A stretch of 64,000 nt of DNA. It comes from Antedon mediterranea. Taxonomy: Eukaryota; Animalia; Echinodermata. Positions 28,294 through 40,200 of this stretch are shown piece by piece (the first letter of the stretch is position 1; each line of letters starts with the position of its first letter). Under the pieces are notes generated by a model that was given only the letters and a program-made list of their open reading frames with translations, did no database searches and was not told the DNA's origin. The translations under genes were made by a program, and so were the position numbers. The DNA lies in the NCBI RefSeq assembly GCF_964355755.1, contig NC_092670.1:6004201-6068200 (forward strand). Direction: 5' to 3'.

Positions 28294-29911
28294 CTTATAT
28301 GTTACGATATATATTTTTTATATTCTTGTCTTTTTGATGTTTATTCGTATTTTTATAAGATCTTGTATTTTTGTATTCATGACTTTTTATATATTTTTAA
28401 TTAATTGTTTGAAAGCTTGTTTAACGAAACGAATTTCCTTTTGGACCAATAAATTTCTGTATTCTGTATTCTGTATTCTAACTTTATGCTTAATACGTGT
28501 CTAAGTTCAACTACAAATGTAGAACCACGCTATAAACTGATCCCCAGTTTTGTTGAGACGTCTATTAATATGGACATCGACTCGATTTTCGAAACTTCCC
28601 ACCTTGGCAATGACCCTAGTCATTGGTTTAAGAGATTTATGCCTAAAGAGGTGATGTATGACACAAACATTGCATTTTGGAAAAGTGAAATGCTAAGAAA
28701 ATCGTCACTTCAGACATATTCTCTTATTAAGTCTAATCCCTGCCTTGAAAATATTTATTGGATTGTATTGTACAAACTTTCTAGGATTGAAGAATATACA
28801 AAATTAGAATATATGTTAATCGTTGTTAATCAGATGTATGGGAAGATTTATCTCTGATGACCTGAACACCAAATTAAATCTTGTATTAGGTGGAACTGAT
28901 AACTACTATTATATGATTGACGTCGATTCCATATCAAATGTCTTTGGTCGTTACTGTAAGCACTATGTTAAAAGAGCATGGGCACACAGATGTGTTGTTC
29001 TATGCGAGTAATGTTCATATCAATTAAACCAAATGATTGATATCTATCTCATTATAGGGTTAGGTCTACATTGTTGTTGCCCAATTCATTTTATATTGTA
29101 CAGTTCCTAACTTACCGTATTCTATATGTTTATTACTTGTACTTTTGTATTTTTAGGTGTCAGTGGATTTCCTGCTGCTGTAGTGATAATTATCAATGGT
29201 ATTGTTGTTACTGTAATCGAATTGTTTTGAAATGTTGACCTACATCGTTTTTTTATTGTAATTGTTGTTTACTATATCATGTTTTTTTGTGTATATTTCT
29301 TATGGATGCACCTTCCATTTGGTCGATAACAATATTAAATACAACATTTTACACTTTATTTTAAATACACTTGCAAGTAATCTGAAGTTCAGAAAGAAAG
29401 TCAACTGTTATTTACGAATTCGAAAGTACTGTATTGCTAGAATATATTGAAAGAATTTTGAAAATTTACAACTGTGGCACTCGACAATCCCGAATACGAT
29501 GATACAATAGGTATCCGTCATGCAAACTGATGTAAGCACTTCAAAGTAAAATGAAAATGCATTATTATATACTTGTTGATTACAAATTAGGAAATCAAAA
29601 AGTAGCCGTAATTGTAATTAAGATTTTGTACCAAACGATAAGCTGGTAATTATTCGGCGGATTAGTAGAATAATGAAGAATACTACATTCAAACCTCAGG
29701 TATAACATAGGATTGTGTAGGGACGGTCAGAGTGTTTTATTTATATATATAGATTTTATGTATGGCAAATGAGCATACAGCAATGAAAAACTAAACACAT
29801 CTGTTTCTATATACTCCTAATAATAATAATGAAAAATACTGTACCGTTTGTACAAATAGCAAGTGATAAAATCCAAGTAAATATAAACAGTTTCATTTTG
29901 TATTTCATCAT
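2600..29911 (-). CDS. von Willebrand factor D and EGF domain-containing (VWDE-like) type I membrane protein, 24 coding exons, ~1608 aa
   Basis: Exons in transcript order, all GT-AG and phase-consistent, total 4827 nt: 29911-29845, 24407-24174, 22407-22231, 19333-19274, 19153-18873, 17269-17183, 16453-16082, 15720-15647, 15151-15088, 9268-9017, 8865-8624, 8492-8231, 8033-7869, 7659-7285, 7181-6924, 6759-6645, 6517-6176, 5992-5363, 4887-4829, 4467-4364, 4168-3963, 3795-3579, 3489-3389, 2682-2600. Signal peptide MKLFIFTWILSLAICTNG; D8C-like (DPC..GWY..CGTLFPVWING..IKAC..YC); VWD (CSGWGDPHYTTFDG ... KGLCGNFDNNITND); RRKR; EGF (CVNECNKNGECINGSCECIKGFGGSDCS); Ser/Thr-rich exon; TM (VFIVIAVCSFAVFIVFCVFGIY); short cytoplasmic tail ending TKEKC*. 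Confidence 0.88.
3170..3330 (+). mobile_element. RTE-clade LINE C-terminal remnant in the last VWDE-like intron
   Basis: Translation VKRQMKYFGHIIK...*GKVE..NRG resembles the RTE ORF C-terminal (K/R)YFGH...GKVEGxRxRGRP motif; short and degraded. Confidence 0.5.
9583..14858. repeat. Intronic tandem array, 887-bp unit x ~5.95 copies, nearly identical
   Basis: The unit start ACCGTCATAAGTCATTCC recurs at 9583, 10470, 11357, 12244, 13131 and 14018 (exact period 887). The array lies wholly inside VWDE-like intron 9 (9269-15087). Confidence 0.97.
17517..18445 (-). mobile_element. 5'-truncated CR1/L2-group LINE (RT C-terminal region, 3' UTR, (TTA)n tail)
   Basis: LNVKKTEFMLIG...KCKHLGVILDSNLSW upstream of ORF 17792-18241 (LYKSLMAPHLEYCHVVWG, LQNRTAKVIT, APPYL); (AAT)n at ~17517-17540 is the tail on the minus strand. 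Confidence 0.85.
18625..18692. repeat. (TAT)n microsatellite
   Basis: Two runs of TATTATTAT separated by TGTTGGTGGTGT. Confidence 0.85.
19531..22084 (-). mobile_element. Non-autonomous Helitron (~2.55 kb) in VWDE-like intron 3
   Basis: On the minus strand it begins A|TCTATATATAAA at 22084 and ends in the GC-rich hairpin GGTACGCGAGCGAAGCGAGCGTACC followed by ATCTAG|T at 19531. This gives the canonical TC...CTAG termini, an A/T target and no TSD. No RepHel ORF is present. Confidence 0.8.
20879..21221. repeat. 85-bp minisatellite (~4 copies) inside the Helitron
   Basis: GTTCGGCTC(G/A)CACGAT recurs at 20938, 21023, 21108 and 21193 (period 85), with a shortened copy at 20879. Full units contain CACGTG. 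Confidence 0.92.
22543..22797. mobile_element. MITE with ~20-bp TIRs and internal short tandem repeats
   Basis: TATGGAAGGCAATCGCCGCCAA ... TTGGCGGAGATTGCCTTCCATA inverted termini, TA at both ends; internal repeats of AACGTACTTTCACAAACGAAC. Confidence 0.75.
22886..22998. repeat. Short interspersed repeat family member (other copies, reversed, at ~38005-38128 and ~46866-46996)
   Basis: AAGCTCTATCTACACTATCAAA..GATGTG(T/C)CCAAAT..GGTAG here matches the reverse complement CTACCATATTTGGGCACAT...GTGTAGAC(A/C)GAGCTT at the two other sites. Confidence 0.7.
23100..24122 (+). mobile_element. Degraded CR1/Jockey-group LINE RT fragment and 3' tail, interrupted by a microsatellite-bearing element at ~23550-23880
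   Basis: GFIPGRSCQTNL...DFSKAFDSVP...LLKWFSDYL...GPLLFNLYIN...FTDDLKLF; AATAAAATAAAATA tail near 24110. The insert starts TTTAACAAGGCC and carries (GACC/AACC)n, reminiscent of DINE/HINE elements. Confidence 0.75.
24600..29011 (+). mobile_element. Decayed RTE/RTE-X-like LINE, split by a younger LINE inserted at ~25495-28479
   Basis: KNNKSHGID, GKVPNDWNK, NYRGISL..CISKIFNRI, GFRP..RCEDHIFTL, LDFTKAFD, GVKQG and IESLQLQMARYIL at 24600-25460. C-terminal-like pieces KSSLQTYSLIK and YVKRAWAHR follow at 28486-29011. Many stops and frameshifts. Confidence 0.72.
25495..28479 (+). mobile_element. Rex1/Babar-type non-LTR retrotransposon (APE + RT), frameshifted
   Basis: RGRRGG..LPNIVIGNVRSLPNKMEEL, CLSETW, GKTKGGG, LRPFYLPREF, GDLN, PNNKKWFT, KATGPD, QFAYR, LFVDFSSAFN, QGCVLSPFLF, KYADD, KKANQRLYFLRKL across ORFs 25654-26244, 26238-26693, 26653-27126 and 27113-28210. 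The 3' UTR has (TA)n and ends in an (ATTCTGT)n tail at ~28453-28479. Confidence 0.92.
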
Positions 29912-30643
29912 ATGCAGTACCCACTGTCCAGGCAACTCATACAAGTGAAGTAAATTTGTCTGTGCTTATGTATATGTATAAACTACGCATGCGTTAAACA
30001 TTTTACCGATCGTAACACTTCAAAGTGCCTCGTACTATGTGCGATAATATTCAACATTGTATACATCAGCTAATTATTGTTATATAGATTTTTAAAAATA
30101 CCTGTAGTTTGTTGTTCATGTTTTGAGCATATTACATAGCGGAGAACTGGAGAACAGTGACTTAGTTGAATCTGGTAGAATATTCTTGTAGTGTACTGTT
30201 GTTCAGTTTAATGTCTTGATTTATGGTGGTAAGAATGTTTGGTGGTTTGTCTTTAAGATGAACGATAATTAATGTATGTTTTCTAGTGGTGTAGGTCTAA
30301 TTAGAAAGTGGTAAATATGATTGTAACTTCATCCTCCTTGTTTGTACCTCCTACACCTCTTGAAAATAAATTACATAAAACGAACAATTAAAAATCCCCC
30401 AAAAATAACAAACATAATGTTAGCATAATAATGTATTTCACAATATTTCATATCTCTGAAAATGGAATTTACTTTTCTGAAATATCATGCAAACTGGCAA
30501 ACAAATTAGTACAAACGGCAATTATCACCTCTGCAAAAATGTAAATGCGCGTTTATACAGCAGTGTCTATCTAGCAATTTGTTGTCGACAAGATTAAAAA
30601 GTAATCAATGGTCTACCTTAATAACTCTCTTTTTAAAAAACGG

Positions 30644-32369
30644 GGGAAATCCCTGTACAAGTACCAGTGTATATCTATATGCGGTTGCGTCAAATTTGAC
30701 TCAACTGTCAATGGGCATCTCATTCTGGTGGAATTAGTTAGTACCAATTAGTACATTTCAGGGCCCAATGTCTATATCCATTTTTACTGACAATTCAGAT
30801 TACCCTTACGCACATGATGAGCAATCAAGTATGAACAAAATCATCTGGATAGTTCAAATTACAATTCACAAAACAACTATATTTATTGTTTTAAATGTTT
30901 ACATGGCGAAATCAAATGTTGATATAAAGTTTGCTGAAAAGAACTGTTGAGTTTCTCGACGTTTCGATCAACATATCGCAAACTTTTTTTTTGTTTATGT
31001 AAAAAATGTATTGTATGTGCAGGTATGCATTCTCGTAGCGTATATTATTATTTCCACTACAGTACGTGCTTCGCTCATCCCGTAACAATAATACTGGTGT
31101 GGTATATCCTATTGTTTTAAATAAACATATTTGTAGCATTATTTTAAATGGTTTTATAGTCTTTCAATTGCATAATATTATATTTAATAAATAAAAATTA
31201 CAGATTGAAATAATTTTAATTAAAATATCCACTAAACCTTCTTTCGAAATGAAAGCACTATTTGAATTTGTAACAACACATGTTTCCTACTTGGTATCAA
31301 ACTTTAGGTACACTTAAATATGTTATGATGTTCTTTTGAAAATTCCTAATGCCAGTGAGATTAAAATCACTACTGACTCTGATCCACCAACACCGGTTTT
31401 GAAACGCGTTTTATATCTCTTCTTTTTCTTTTATTGATGACTCTTCATTACATTAAGTCATAATGTGAGTAATTGTTTAGATTGTATTAGTTTTTAGTTT
31501 AGTTTAGGCTTTTTCGAAATATCATGTACATTGGTAAATATAGAAATATACAGAGTGAAAACATTAGTAATCTCCTACCGCGAAGGTAGTTTACAAGTGT
31601 TTGAACGAAAGTGTTTTATTATGTTGTTAACACTAATGCAATTAATGAATTTCAATATATTGTATTAATAAAATCAGTTTGTTTAAAAAACGGGGAAATC
31701 CCGGTATAGGTACCGATATACATAGGTTGATATTCATTCGTATGTATAGGCGTAATTGCCTCCTGTGTCAATATTACCCAGAACAAATATGCCATCAGTA
31801 CCGGAGAAATACGTGATACCGTAGAGTAAAACAACAATTGCTTAAAAAATATTTTAGTTAAGGCGGATAATAGTGTTTAATAACAACTGAAATTTATGAA
31901 ACATAGACATTTTCTGGATGGAGATCCACCTTAACACCTTCGACGTGTCAATTCTTTTATTAGTTTCCAGTTTGCAAAGATGCAGCAAAGGGGATGTCCC
32001 TTGGACAAACAATAGGCCTAAAGTCATAATAATATTATACAATGGTTTGAAGTAAATAGACAAATGTCAGTAAATCAACAAAGCCATAATAATAATAATA
32101 ATATACTAATAATATCCTGGCGTTATAGCGCCTAATGTTGTAAAACATCTAAGCGCTGAACATTATTCATTTTTTAAACACGTATGTAAATATACTCCCA
32201 TAATGCAGCCTAGTAATCAGCGCAAAGTTGTGTCTTGATCTAATAATATCTATATTAAGTAAATAAATATTAATCGATACTGTACGCTAAAAGGCAACAT
32301 GATTTAGTACCAATGATTCTGTAAGTGTTAGTAATCAAACGTTATGCAGCAAAATTACAGGGAAATCCC
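30644..32369. promoter_or_regulatory. Three perfect NF-kB-type sites GGGAAATCCC (30644-30653, 31693-31702, 32360-32369) between the divergent VWDE-like and USP40 genes
   Basis: Exact matches to GGGRNNYYCC, 0.7-2.5 kb upstream of the VWDE-like start codon. Function is inferred only. Confidence 0.45.
32088..32240 (-). mobile_element. SINE/LINE 3' end with L2-type tail
   Basis: (AAT)n..TTATAGCGC...AAGCGCTG resembles the 3' end of the L2 at 39060-39118 ((AAT)n..TTATAAAGCGC...AAAGCGCTG). Confidence 0.5.
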
Positions 32370-33974
32370 TATTATTTTTTTTAAGAGTCTGTAATTTATA
32401 TGTAACTTTTAACGCTATTATGGAAAAGAACGCCCAGCGTCACTGGTTACTTATACTTATCGTAGTCAACTACACAAACAACTGAGCTAGAAAACGTTAA
32501 TCCATGTTTTTTTTTTCAACAGAGATTATCTTCCTACCCAGTGGAATACAGAAACATACAGTATATTGTTTTATTGATGAAAATCATATTGCTGGTAATA
32601 AGGGAAATAGTATCGTTGTTCTTTAATTACTAGACCTATTTTATAAAACAATACAATTTTGTTTTGTTTCGCAATCATATGTCTTCCGTCCTAATCTTAT
32701 TCACATGAAATAATTATACAGCCATACAAAAGAAAACTATAATAACACATTTTTTTACTTACATATTTTTGTTGAACGTCCAGCAGAGGCAAAAAATAGA
32801 TGCACTCGTAATTCAATTGGACATTAGTATTCATTGCTGCATGTATCATTGTTTCATTTTATTAGGCCTACACTATAAAATCCCATTTAACAGCACTTCA
32901 CAGACAATGGACTTATCAGACAATGCCCTTTTTTGAGGTTGACGAAATTGTAAGTACGTATGTTTATTGGATAGGCCTACTTGGTGAGTAGAGAATATCA
33001 ATAACTTGAATGTTAATGATACCACACAATTTAAAATCATACAATATAATCATCTTGTTTATTTACATATCATTTCAAGTGTAGGCTAGATAGTAGGCCT
33101 ACTCAGAAAAGTGAAAATAAGTAAACTTTTGCATACAAATTCTATATTTAAACACGTATTAGTATTAGGCCTACACATTATATATGATATAATTCATCTA
33201 AATAGGCCTAAGTGTTTATTAATTTATTTTATTTTTCCCAACCAACAGTAAATTCAAAGTTCACCACTTACAGGAAGGAACACAATTAAAACTATAAGGA
33301 AAAACGATTGCGGAGAATCCGAAGATAGCAAACCCGTCTGTGTCTTTTTAGAAATGATGATACAATCCGTAAGGTGACAGTGAAAAATCTATTAGGCCTA
33401 TCGATGCTACCCTAAAACAATGGATAACAACAAAACTCCCGGGACAAATAGTCTTCCCGCTGAACTTAGATACAGTATTTTGAATAAACATTCAAGATTC
33501 GCTAATTAAACATTTTCAATTTTTCTAGCCTGGAATAAACGAGGCGTGTTTCGATAAAATGGAATTTGAAATTGAACGCAAAAAGCTGAAATCTATGAAG
33601 AAAAACATAATATTTCTGTTCTATTTGAGTAGACCTATTGTAAATGTTTGCATGTAATGTAGTAGTGAAGCACGATGGAGATCTAGAAACATTGAGCATT
33701 TGACGGGGCAGCATTTGATTTGAATACGGTAGTTTTGCGCAATGCAACAAAACATCTTATTAATTTAGCAAGATCATGATGTTTAGTATTTATATTTGTA
33801 TCCTACGGTTTCTCATTATCGTGTTAAACTTATCATAATAGATTATTAGTCACGATGTTTTATTAACTTGGTTGCCTGGCCTATTGAAATAATAATATGG
33901 TTCTGTTTTCACAAAGATTTTATAGTCGAAGCTCATAACAACTCACTGTTTTTTTCATCAGATTTCATTAACGA

Positions 33975-34085
33975 GGAGCGCCGCGGCATTCAGAAACGGA
34001 CGCGGCGCGCCGCCACCGTTTCCGAATTTCTTGATTTCTATAAGATGAGTGAGGGCGCAAATACAAACATGGCGACTTCCATTAA
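33975..34085 (+). promoter_or_regulatory. Putative USP40 core promoter / 5' UTR region
   Basis: Local CpG-rich patch (GCGCCGCGG..CGCGGCGCGCCGCC) and a YY1-like AACATGGCG at ~34066, ~140 nt before the ATG. Confidence 0.45.
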
Positions 34086-34207
34086 TGTAAAGTATTATTT
34101 TTATAAAACAGCTAAATCAGACGGAAATCAACTTTTACAAAGGTGACCAGCTCTTTATTTTAAGCATATGACTAATTAAAGTTATGAAATAATAGTTATA
34201 CCCTAAG

Positions 34208-37200
34208 ATGTTTGGGATTGATAGATTGTTTGAAGAGGAAGACGATTCTTCACAAAATGGACCGTCAACATCATCGAGCAACAAGAAGAAGACTCAACAG
34301 CATCACGGCAGTGACTGTGGACCTCCATCTGCTAGGCCTACGACTGGGCTGTGTGGTATCAAGAATCAGGGAGCAACGTGCTACCTTAACGCATTGATAC
34401 AAACATTGCTTTACACGCCTGAATTCAGAGGTAAATTTATCTGTAAAACAAAACAATTCACTCCTCCGTGTTTTCTCTGATCTTCAATCAACAGTACAGT
34501 AGGCCTGGCTAGGCTAGGCTAGTACTAGGCCTAGGCGGCCTACAGTAGTAGTAGATACTACTACTGCCTAGGCCTAGATAGCCTAGTCTAAGTACTTGTA
34601 GTAGGCCTAAAGGCCTAGGCCCTAGTTGTAAGTAATAAAATGTAACATGCCTATATTTTATAACCTATTTACAGAGGCACTGTTCAGACTTGATGCCCAG
34701 CAGCTAGGATGTTTAGAAGATCGAGAAAAACCAGGTTCAAAGGTATGTACTCAGAATGTCTGCTTTTCCTAGATTTCCAAGGGAAAAAAAAGTTGGGTTT
34801 GCAAATCTTGTTATTTTGTGTTTGATATTTCAAGATGAAAGTGTCAAACTTAACAAAAAACAGATCTTGTTCGTGTATTTAATCTAGTCATGCACCCTCT
34901 AGAAAAATGGATATACTTTAGGCTCACTGATTTGTGTATATTGCATTGTGTTCTAATTCGTAATTGACTTCAAAAGAAACATCAAAAGACTAGGCTACAG
35001 AACATCTATTAAATTAACCAATTGAATTCTCTAAATTACAGATCATGGTATCTAGCAACTTTAAAATGTCTAATCTAGTTTAAGATTATTTCATAAACTA
35101 AAATGTAATTCTATAATTTTCATTTGGTAAATTTAATATTGCAGGTTCGGGTAATACCAATCCAGCTTCAGAACTTATTCAGCCGCCTTTTATTACTGGA
35201 TCAAGCCTCCGTCAGTACCACACAATTAACTGATAGCTTTGGATGGACAGGCTCTGAGGTAATGCTAAGATTACTAAAAGCAATAGAGCCCATATTAATT
35301 TGGTTCCCAATTTGTTTTATAGGTAAATGTCCCAAAGGAGGTGGTCATATTTATTATTTATTAACTTTAATTATATTTCTTATTAATAGGAATTTCAGCA
35401 ACATGATGTACAGGAGTTAAATAGGATCCTTTTTAGTGCTATAGAAGATTCACTTGTCGGAACTTCGGGAGAACAATTAATTCAGAATCTTTACAAAGGA
35501 TCCATTGTAAACAAGGTATGTATTAATGTTAAGGCTACCAATCATATCACAAAAAAATATACTGCTGCTATAAAGTGGGCACATTATCAGCCTCTGAGAA
35601 CACTTTACATTACACGCCTACAGTGCCAATAGAAAATAAATTGCATACACAGCAGTTGTCCGATTTGATAATAAACTTCTGTTAGGCGTTTATATGAAGC
35701 ATCTAATATCATTTTGAAAGTGGAGTCAATGAAATAAACTTCTTAAGTATTAATAAGATTAAAATTACTTATATTTTGTATCCTTGCATACAGATTACTT
35801 GTGAAGAATGTGGAAGAATTAGTGAACGAATGGTAAGTTAATAGCGCTGGTGAAAAATTATGATCATTTTGGTCACCTTTTTTTTTGTCTCATGTCAATT
35901 AAGATCAATTTTTAATCATTTTTCTGTCATTTTTTCACTTTGGTAGGAAGATTTCTTTGATTTGACAGCAGCAGTCGCAAATTACAGTGGGTTAGAAGAC
36001 TTCTTGACGAGTTGCTACCTAGAAACTGAAAGGTTTGAAGGGCGAAATAAATACAGATGTGAAGAGTGCAATAAGCTAGTTAATGCTACAAAGGTACTAA
36101 TATGTGTGTGGCTATTTTCATTCAAGTTAACATTTATTTCTTTCAAAACAAAATAACAATAAAAAAAGAACATTTCTTTTAATTTACAAATATTTTATGA
36201 AATTAAAACAGACTGGAAAAGAAAGAAGTGTCATGATCACAAGTGTAGCTAAACATGTGGAACTGTAATCCATAACAAGTTCAAGGCTCACTCGCTCCAT
36301 GTTTCTGATGGTAGAACAAGTCTTCTCGGATAACACCTATAATTAAACCGTATGCTTGTGTGTACTTTAAACAACCTAGTACATCCTTCGAGACATGTAG
36401 GGGATGTACTAGCTCACACAGCCACTGTTATGGACAGACGAGAGCACTACAATTGGCAGCACCGACATCAACATGATCCTTGGCCCGGTTGTGTTCTAGG
36501 TGGGAAACCATCTGAGTGCTATATATACTGTAGAGTGATGGTGTAATGATAATATCGGACTAGCATGACCTTCAGATGGGACGTAAAGCCGTTCGTTCTG
36601 TGTACATATGATGCATGTTATAGAACTTGGTACACTATTCGAAAAGAGTAGGGGGACCATCTCCCTGTGTGCAGATCTGGAAGACACTGCACTGATGGCT
36701 GTTGTGGGTCTGTAGAGAGCCTAATCTGAATTTCCTCAGTTTCCAGTTAAACTTGAGGATGACAATATATACCCTTTTCTTTAAATGCTTGTCCCAACTT
36801 ATTACTGCGAGTCATGTGTCTTTTGACTGTGGTATCCGAGTGCACATTGTGTTTCTTATGATGCGTTTGTTTATTCTTGCAGGGTGCCAAGCTACGGTCA
36901 TTACCACAAATTCTATCTATTTCACTTCTAAGGTTTAGTTTCGATTATGAGAAAATGCAACGTTATAAGGAGACCAGCAAGTATAACTTTCCCCTACAAC
37001 TTGATCTCAGCTTGTTCTGTGAAAAGGTAAATCAATATTATTTTACGATCATTCGGGAAACCACCTCACGGCATCAATTTTATTTTTGGCAGTAATTAAA
37101 CTCGTCGGTAAGTCACTCGTGGTAATGTGCAAAATGCAAGCAAATTACGTGATTTTTATAATTTCGGGTTAAGTTGTTTAAGAATAAATATTCTTTCTAT

Positions 37201-40200
37201 GGAAAATCAACTTTAATACTTTAATTAACAATAAGAAATCATGATGAAACATTTTTTCTTATTAGAAATAATAAAACCCCCTCCATTGAAAAGGTGGTTC
37301 CTTTGGGACAGGACAACTTGTGGGGTTTCTGTATTTCTAATTGTAGGGTTGTTAGCCCATTATGGTGATGAATGAAGTGGCTGATATAGACCATCACTGG
37401 CGTGCACCCCCTACAGACGCAGATGCACTGGACCTGGACCACAGATTTTAAGTTCTTTATACGAGAAAACCTGTTCTACCAGCTCACCGAGGGAGTGTCT
37501 GGAACCTGTGCTGTTATTTTAGCTGTGGTTTGGCTCAGCCACTAAACATTACCTCAATTTGAATACAACTATTTAATTTCGTTTTATAAAAACCTTTTAT
37601 CTATCTATATTTTAATAGGAAGAGTCAGAAGAAACCACACTTTATGAATTGTATTCTGTTGTCATCCATCGTGGTAGTTGCTATGGAGGTCATTACCATG
37701 CCTACATCAAGGATGTTGACGGGTTGGGTCATTGGAATCCACCAGTGAGTATAAGAGGGAGTTTATCAAATTAGTTTGGTTGTCTCTTAATCCTCAGATT
37801 TATTTGCTTTTGTTGTTTATTTATTTTTTCTGTCCCCCTGAACAGCTTCCTAATATCAAACACCTGAACCTAACCCTTTCAATATCCCGGCCAGTGTTAC
37901 ACATAAAAAACTAATACATCAAGCCAGACTTAAACGAGGGATACATCGTATCAAACACATGGCATTATTCCACCCTGTAACACTGCCCTGTAACACCCTA
38001 GGCTAAAGCTGTGATGTATATGGACACAATGATGTCATATCTCTACCATATCTGAGCATATCGCTACCATATTTGGGCACATTACCTTTTTTTGTCACAT
38101 TCACTTTGATGGTGTAGACAGAGCTTAACATGCTAGAAGCATGTTGCCTTGTTCTTTATTGTTTTGCATCTACAATCTCTTGATTCATGAATAATTCACG
38201 AGGCAAAAACAAATTGTGAAGTAAACATTTGCCAACCAATTTTAGTCACCGAAATCATTCCCTGTAGTGACCTTTGAACCATGTGCTGTAGAAATATTAA
38301 ATATTATCAATTTGATTTCAAATGTTTTTACTATTAGATTGAAGAGTATTCTGTTATACCACCAAAGTCCACTACAGAGAAAGAGAATGATAAAATGATA
38401 TTTGGATCACCAATGGAGTGTCTATCTATGATTCTTGCCGAACAAGGTGGGCCTGGCTTCAGTATGGCTGTGGATAAACTGTGCCAGGTATGGCATCAAT
38501 GTAATTACTTGCTGAGATTAGCAGATAAGATATAAATTATAAAGTTTTTGTTCAAGCTCATCCCCTCTGCTCAAGTACAACCATTTTGGTATTTAAAGTA
38601 ATTGTGGTGGTGCAGCACATACAATACCTACCCTTCCCGATTCCCTCTCTCTCTCTCTCTCACCTATAAGGTACATATTAACCCCTCTTTCTGATGAAAG
38701 GGAAAAAAGGGGATAATGATATTAAAATTATCATTGAATTGTAAATAATTAGAATTTTTAAATTGTTTTTTCTATTATGTATTTATATTGTTTTGTCCGG
38801 TTTTTTGGATTTTTGTCCTTGATGGCATCAGTAACGTATAAAATTGAAAATTACAATATAACTAGGATATAAAATGTTAAGTTATAAAACGTTTTTGTTT
38901 GTAGGCACTGATTCAGACGACTGGTGTTTCATGGAACAAGCAATTCAAGAAGCAACATGGAACACTCACCAAGGTCAGCCAAACACAATTTTTAATCACT
39001 TTTAACATCTTTTCTTGCCATTTTATTTGTTGTGGAGTGGTCCTTGACCACATATCTATAATAATAATAATAAATAACATTTATAAAGCGCAAGAGACAA
39101 AGGTTTCAAAGCGCTGTGTTTTCCAAGATCAGTGCAAGTAGTAGCGTGCGATTATGCTTCTCTGAAGAGATGAGTTTTGAGTTTAGTTTTAAATGTGAAA
39201 ACAGATTTTGATGAGCGTATTTCGAGTGGTAGAGTGTTCCAGAGTTTTGGGGCTGCGACAGCGAAAAGCACGATCACCGTAAAACCGAGTTCTGGAACGG
39301 GGTCAAGGTTTTAGAAGAAGTCTGCTGGATGAACGAAGCGAAGAGTTGGTTGACGGAGTAATGATGTCACATATGTAGGCTGGAGCACATCCGTTGATGG
39401 CCTTATATGTCAGCAACAGGATTTTAAAACGAATGCGCTGATCAACAGGCAACCAGTGTAAGTCACGTAAAACGGGAGAAATATGTTCATGTCGTTTAGT
39501 GCCAGTGATAAGTCTTGCGGCGGAATTTTGGATTCGTTGAAGAGGAGACAGATAAGAAGTTGGTAGGCCGTACAGAAGCGAGTTATTACAGTCCAGACGA
39601 GATGAAACAAAAGCATGAACAAGACGTTCAGTTGATGTTTTGTCAAGGTACTTACGAATCTGGCCGATCTGGTAAATTCCAAAGGAAGCACCACGGCAAA
39701 CATTACGAATGTGTTCTTTTAAACCGAGGCTGTTGTCTAGTTGGACGCCTAGATTTCTGGCTGAGCTGGAGGTAGAGACACTAGTATCTCCGATATGGAC
39801 CAAAGGAAATGATGATGCCTCACGGAACTTTGAATGAAAATGGAACATTTCAGTCTTGGAGTCGTTGAGCATGAGTTTATTTTGAATGGCCCATGAGCGA
39901 ACATCTGCAATGCATGATTCAAGGCTGTTAACAGATTCAGAGTGATGTGTAGGTTTCATGATTAAATATAGTTGAGTGTCATCTGCATAGATCATATGAC
40001 GAACTTCCGGGTGGGAATCAATGATGTTGCTGAGTGGTCCAGTGTATAAGATGAAATCGAGTGGACCTTTTACGGATCCCTGTGGTACACCCCAGGGTAG
40101 AGCGAACTCATCAGACATCGAATCACCCACAATGATTGCTTGTCTACGATTCTCAAAATATGAAATAAACCATTTCAATGCGGTTCCGCTTATGCCGTAT

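Noticed and set aside
29262-34146. Short 60-92 aa ORFs between the VWDE-like and USP40 genes
   Set aside because: Low-complexity AT-rich translations, mostly with non-ATG starts, no motifs and no coherent splice pattern.
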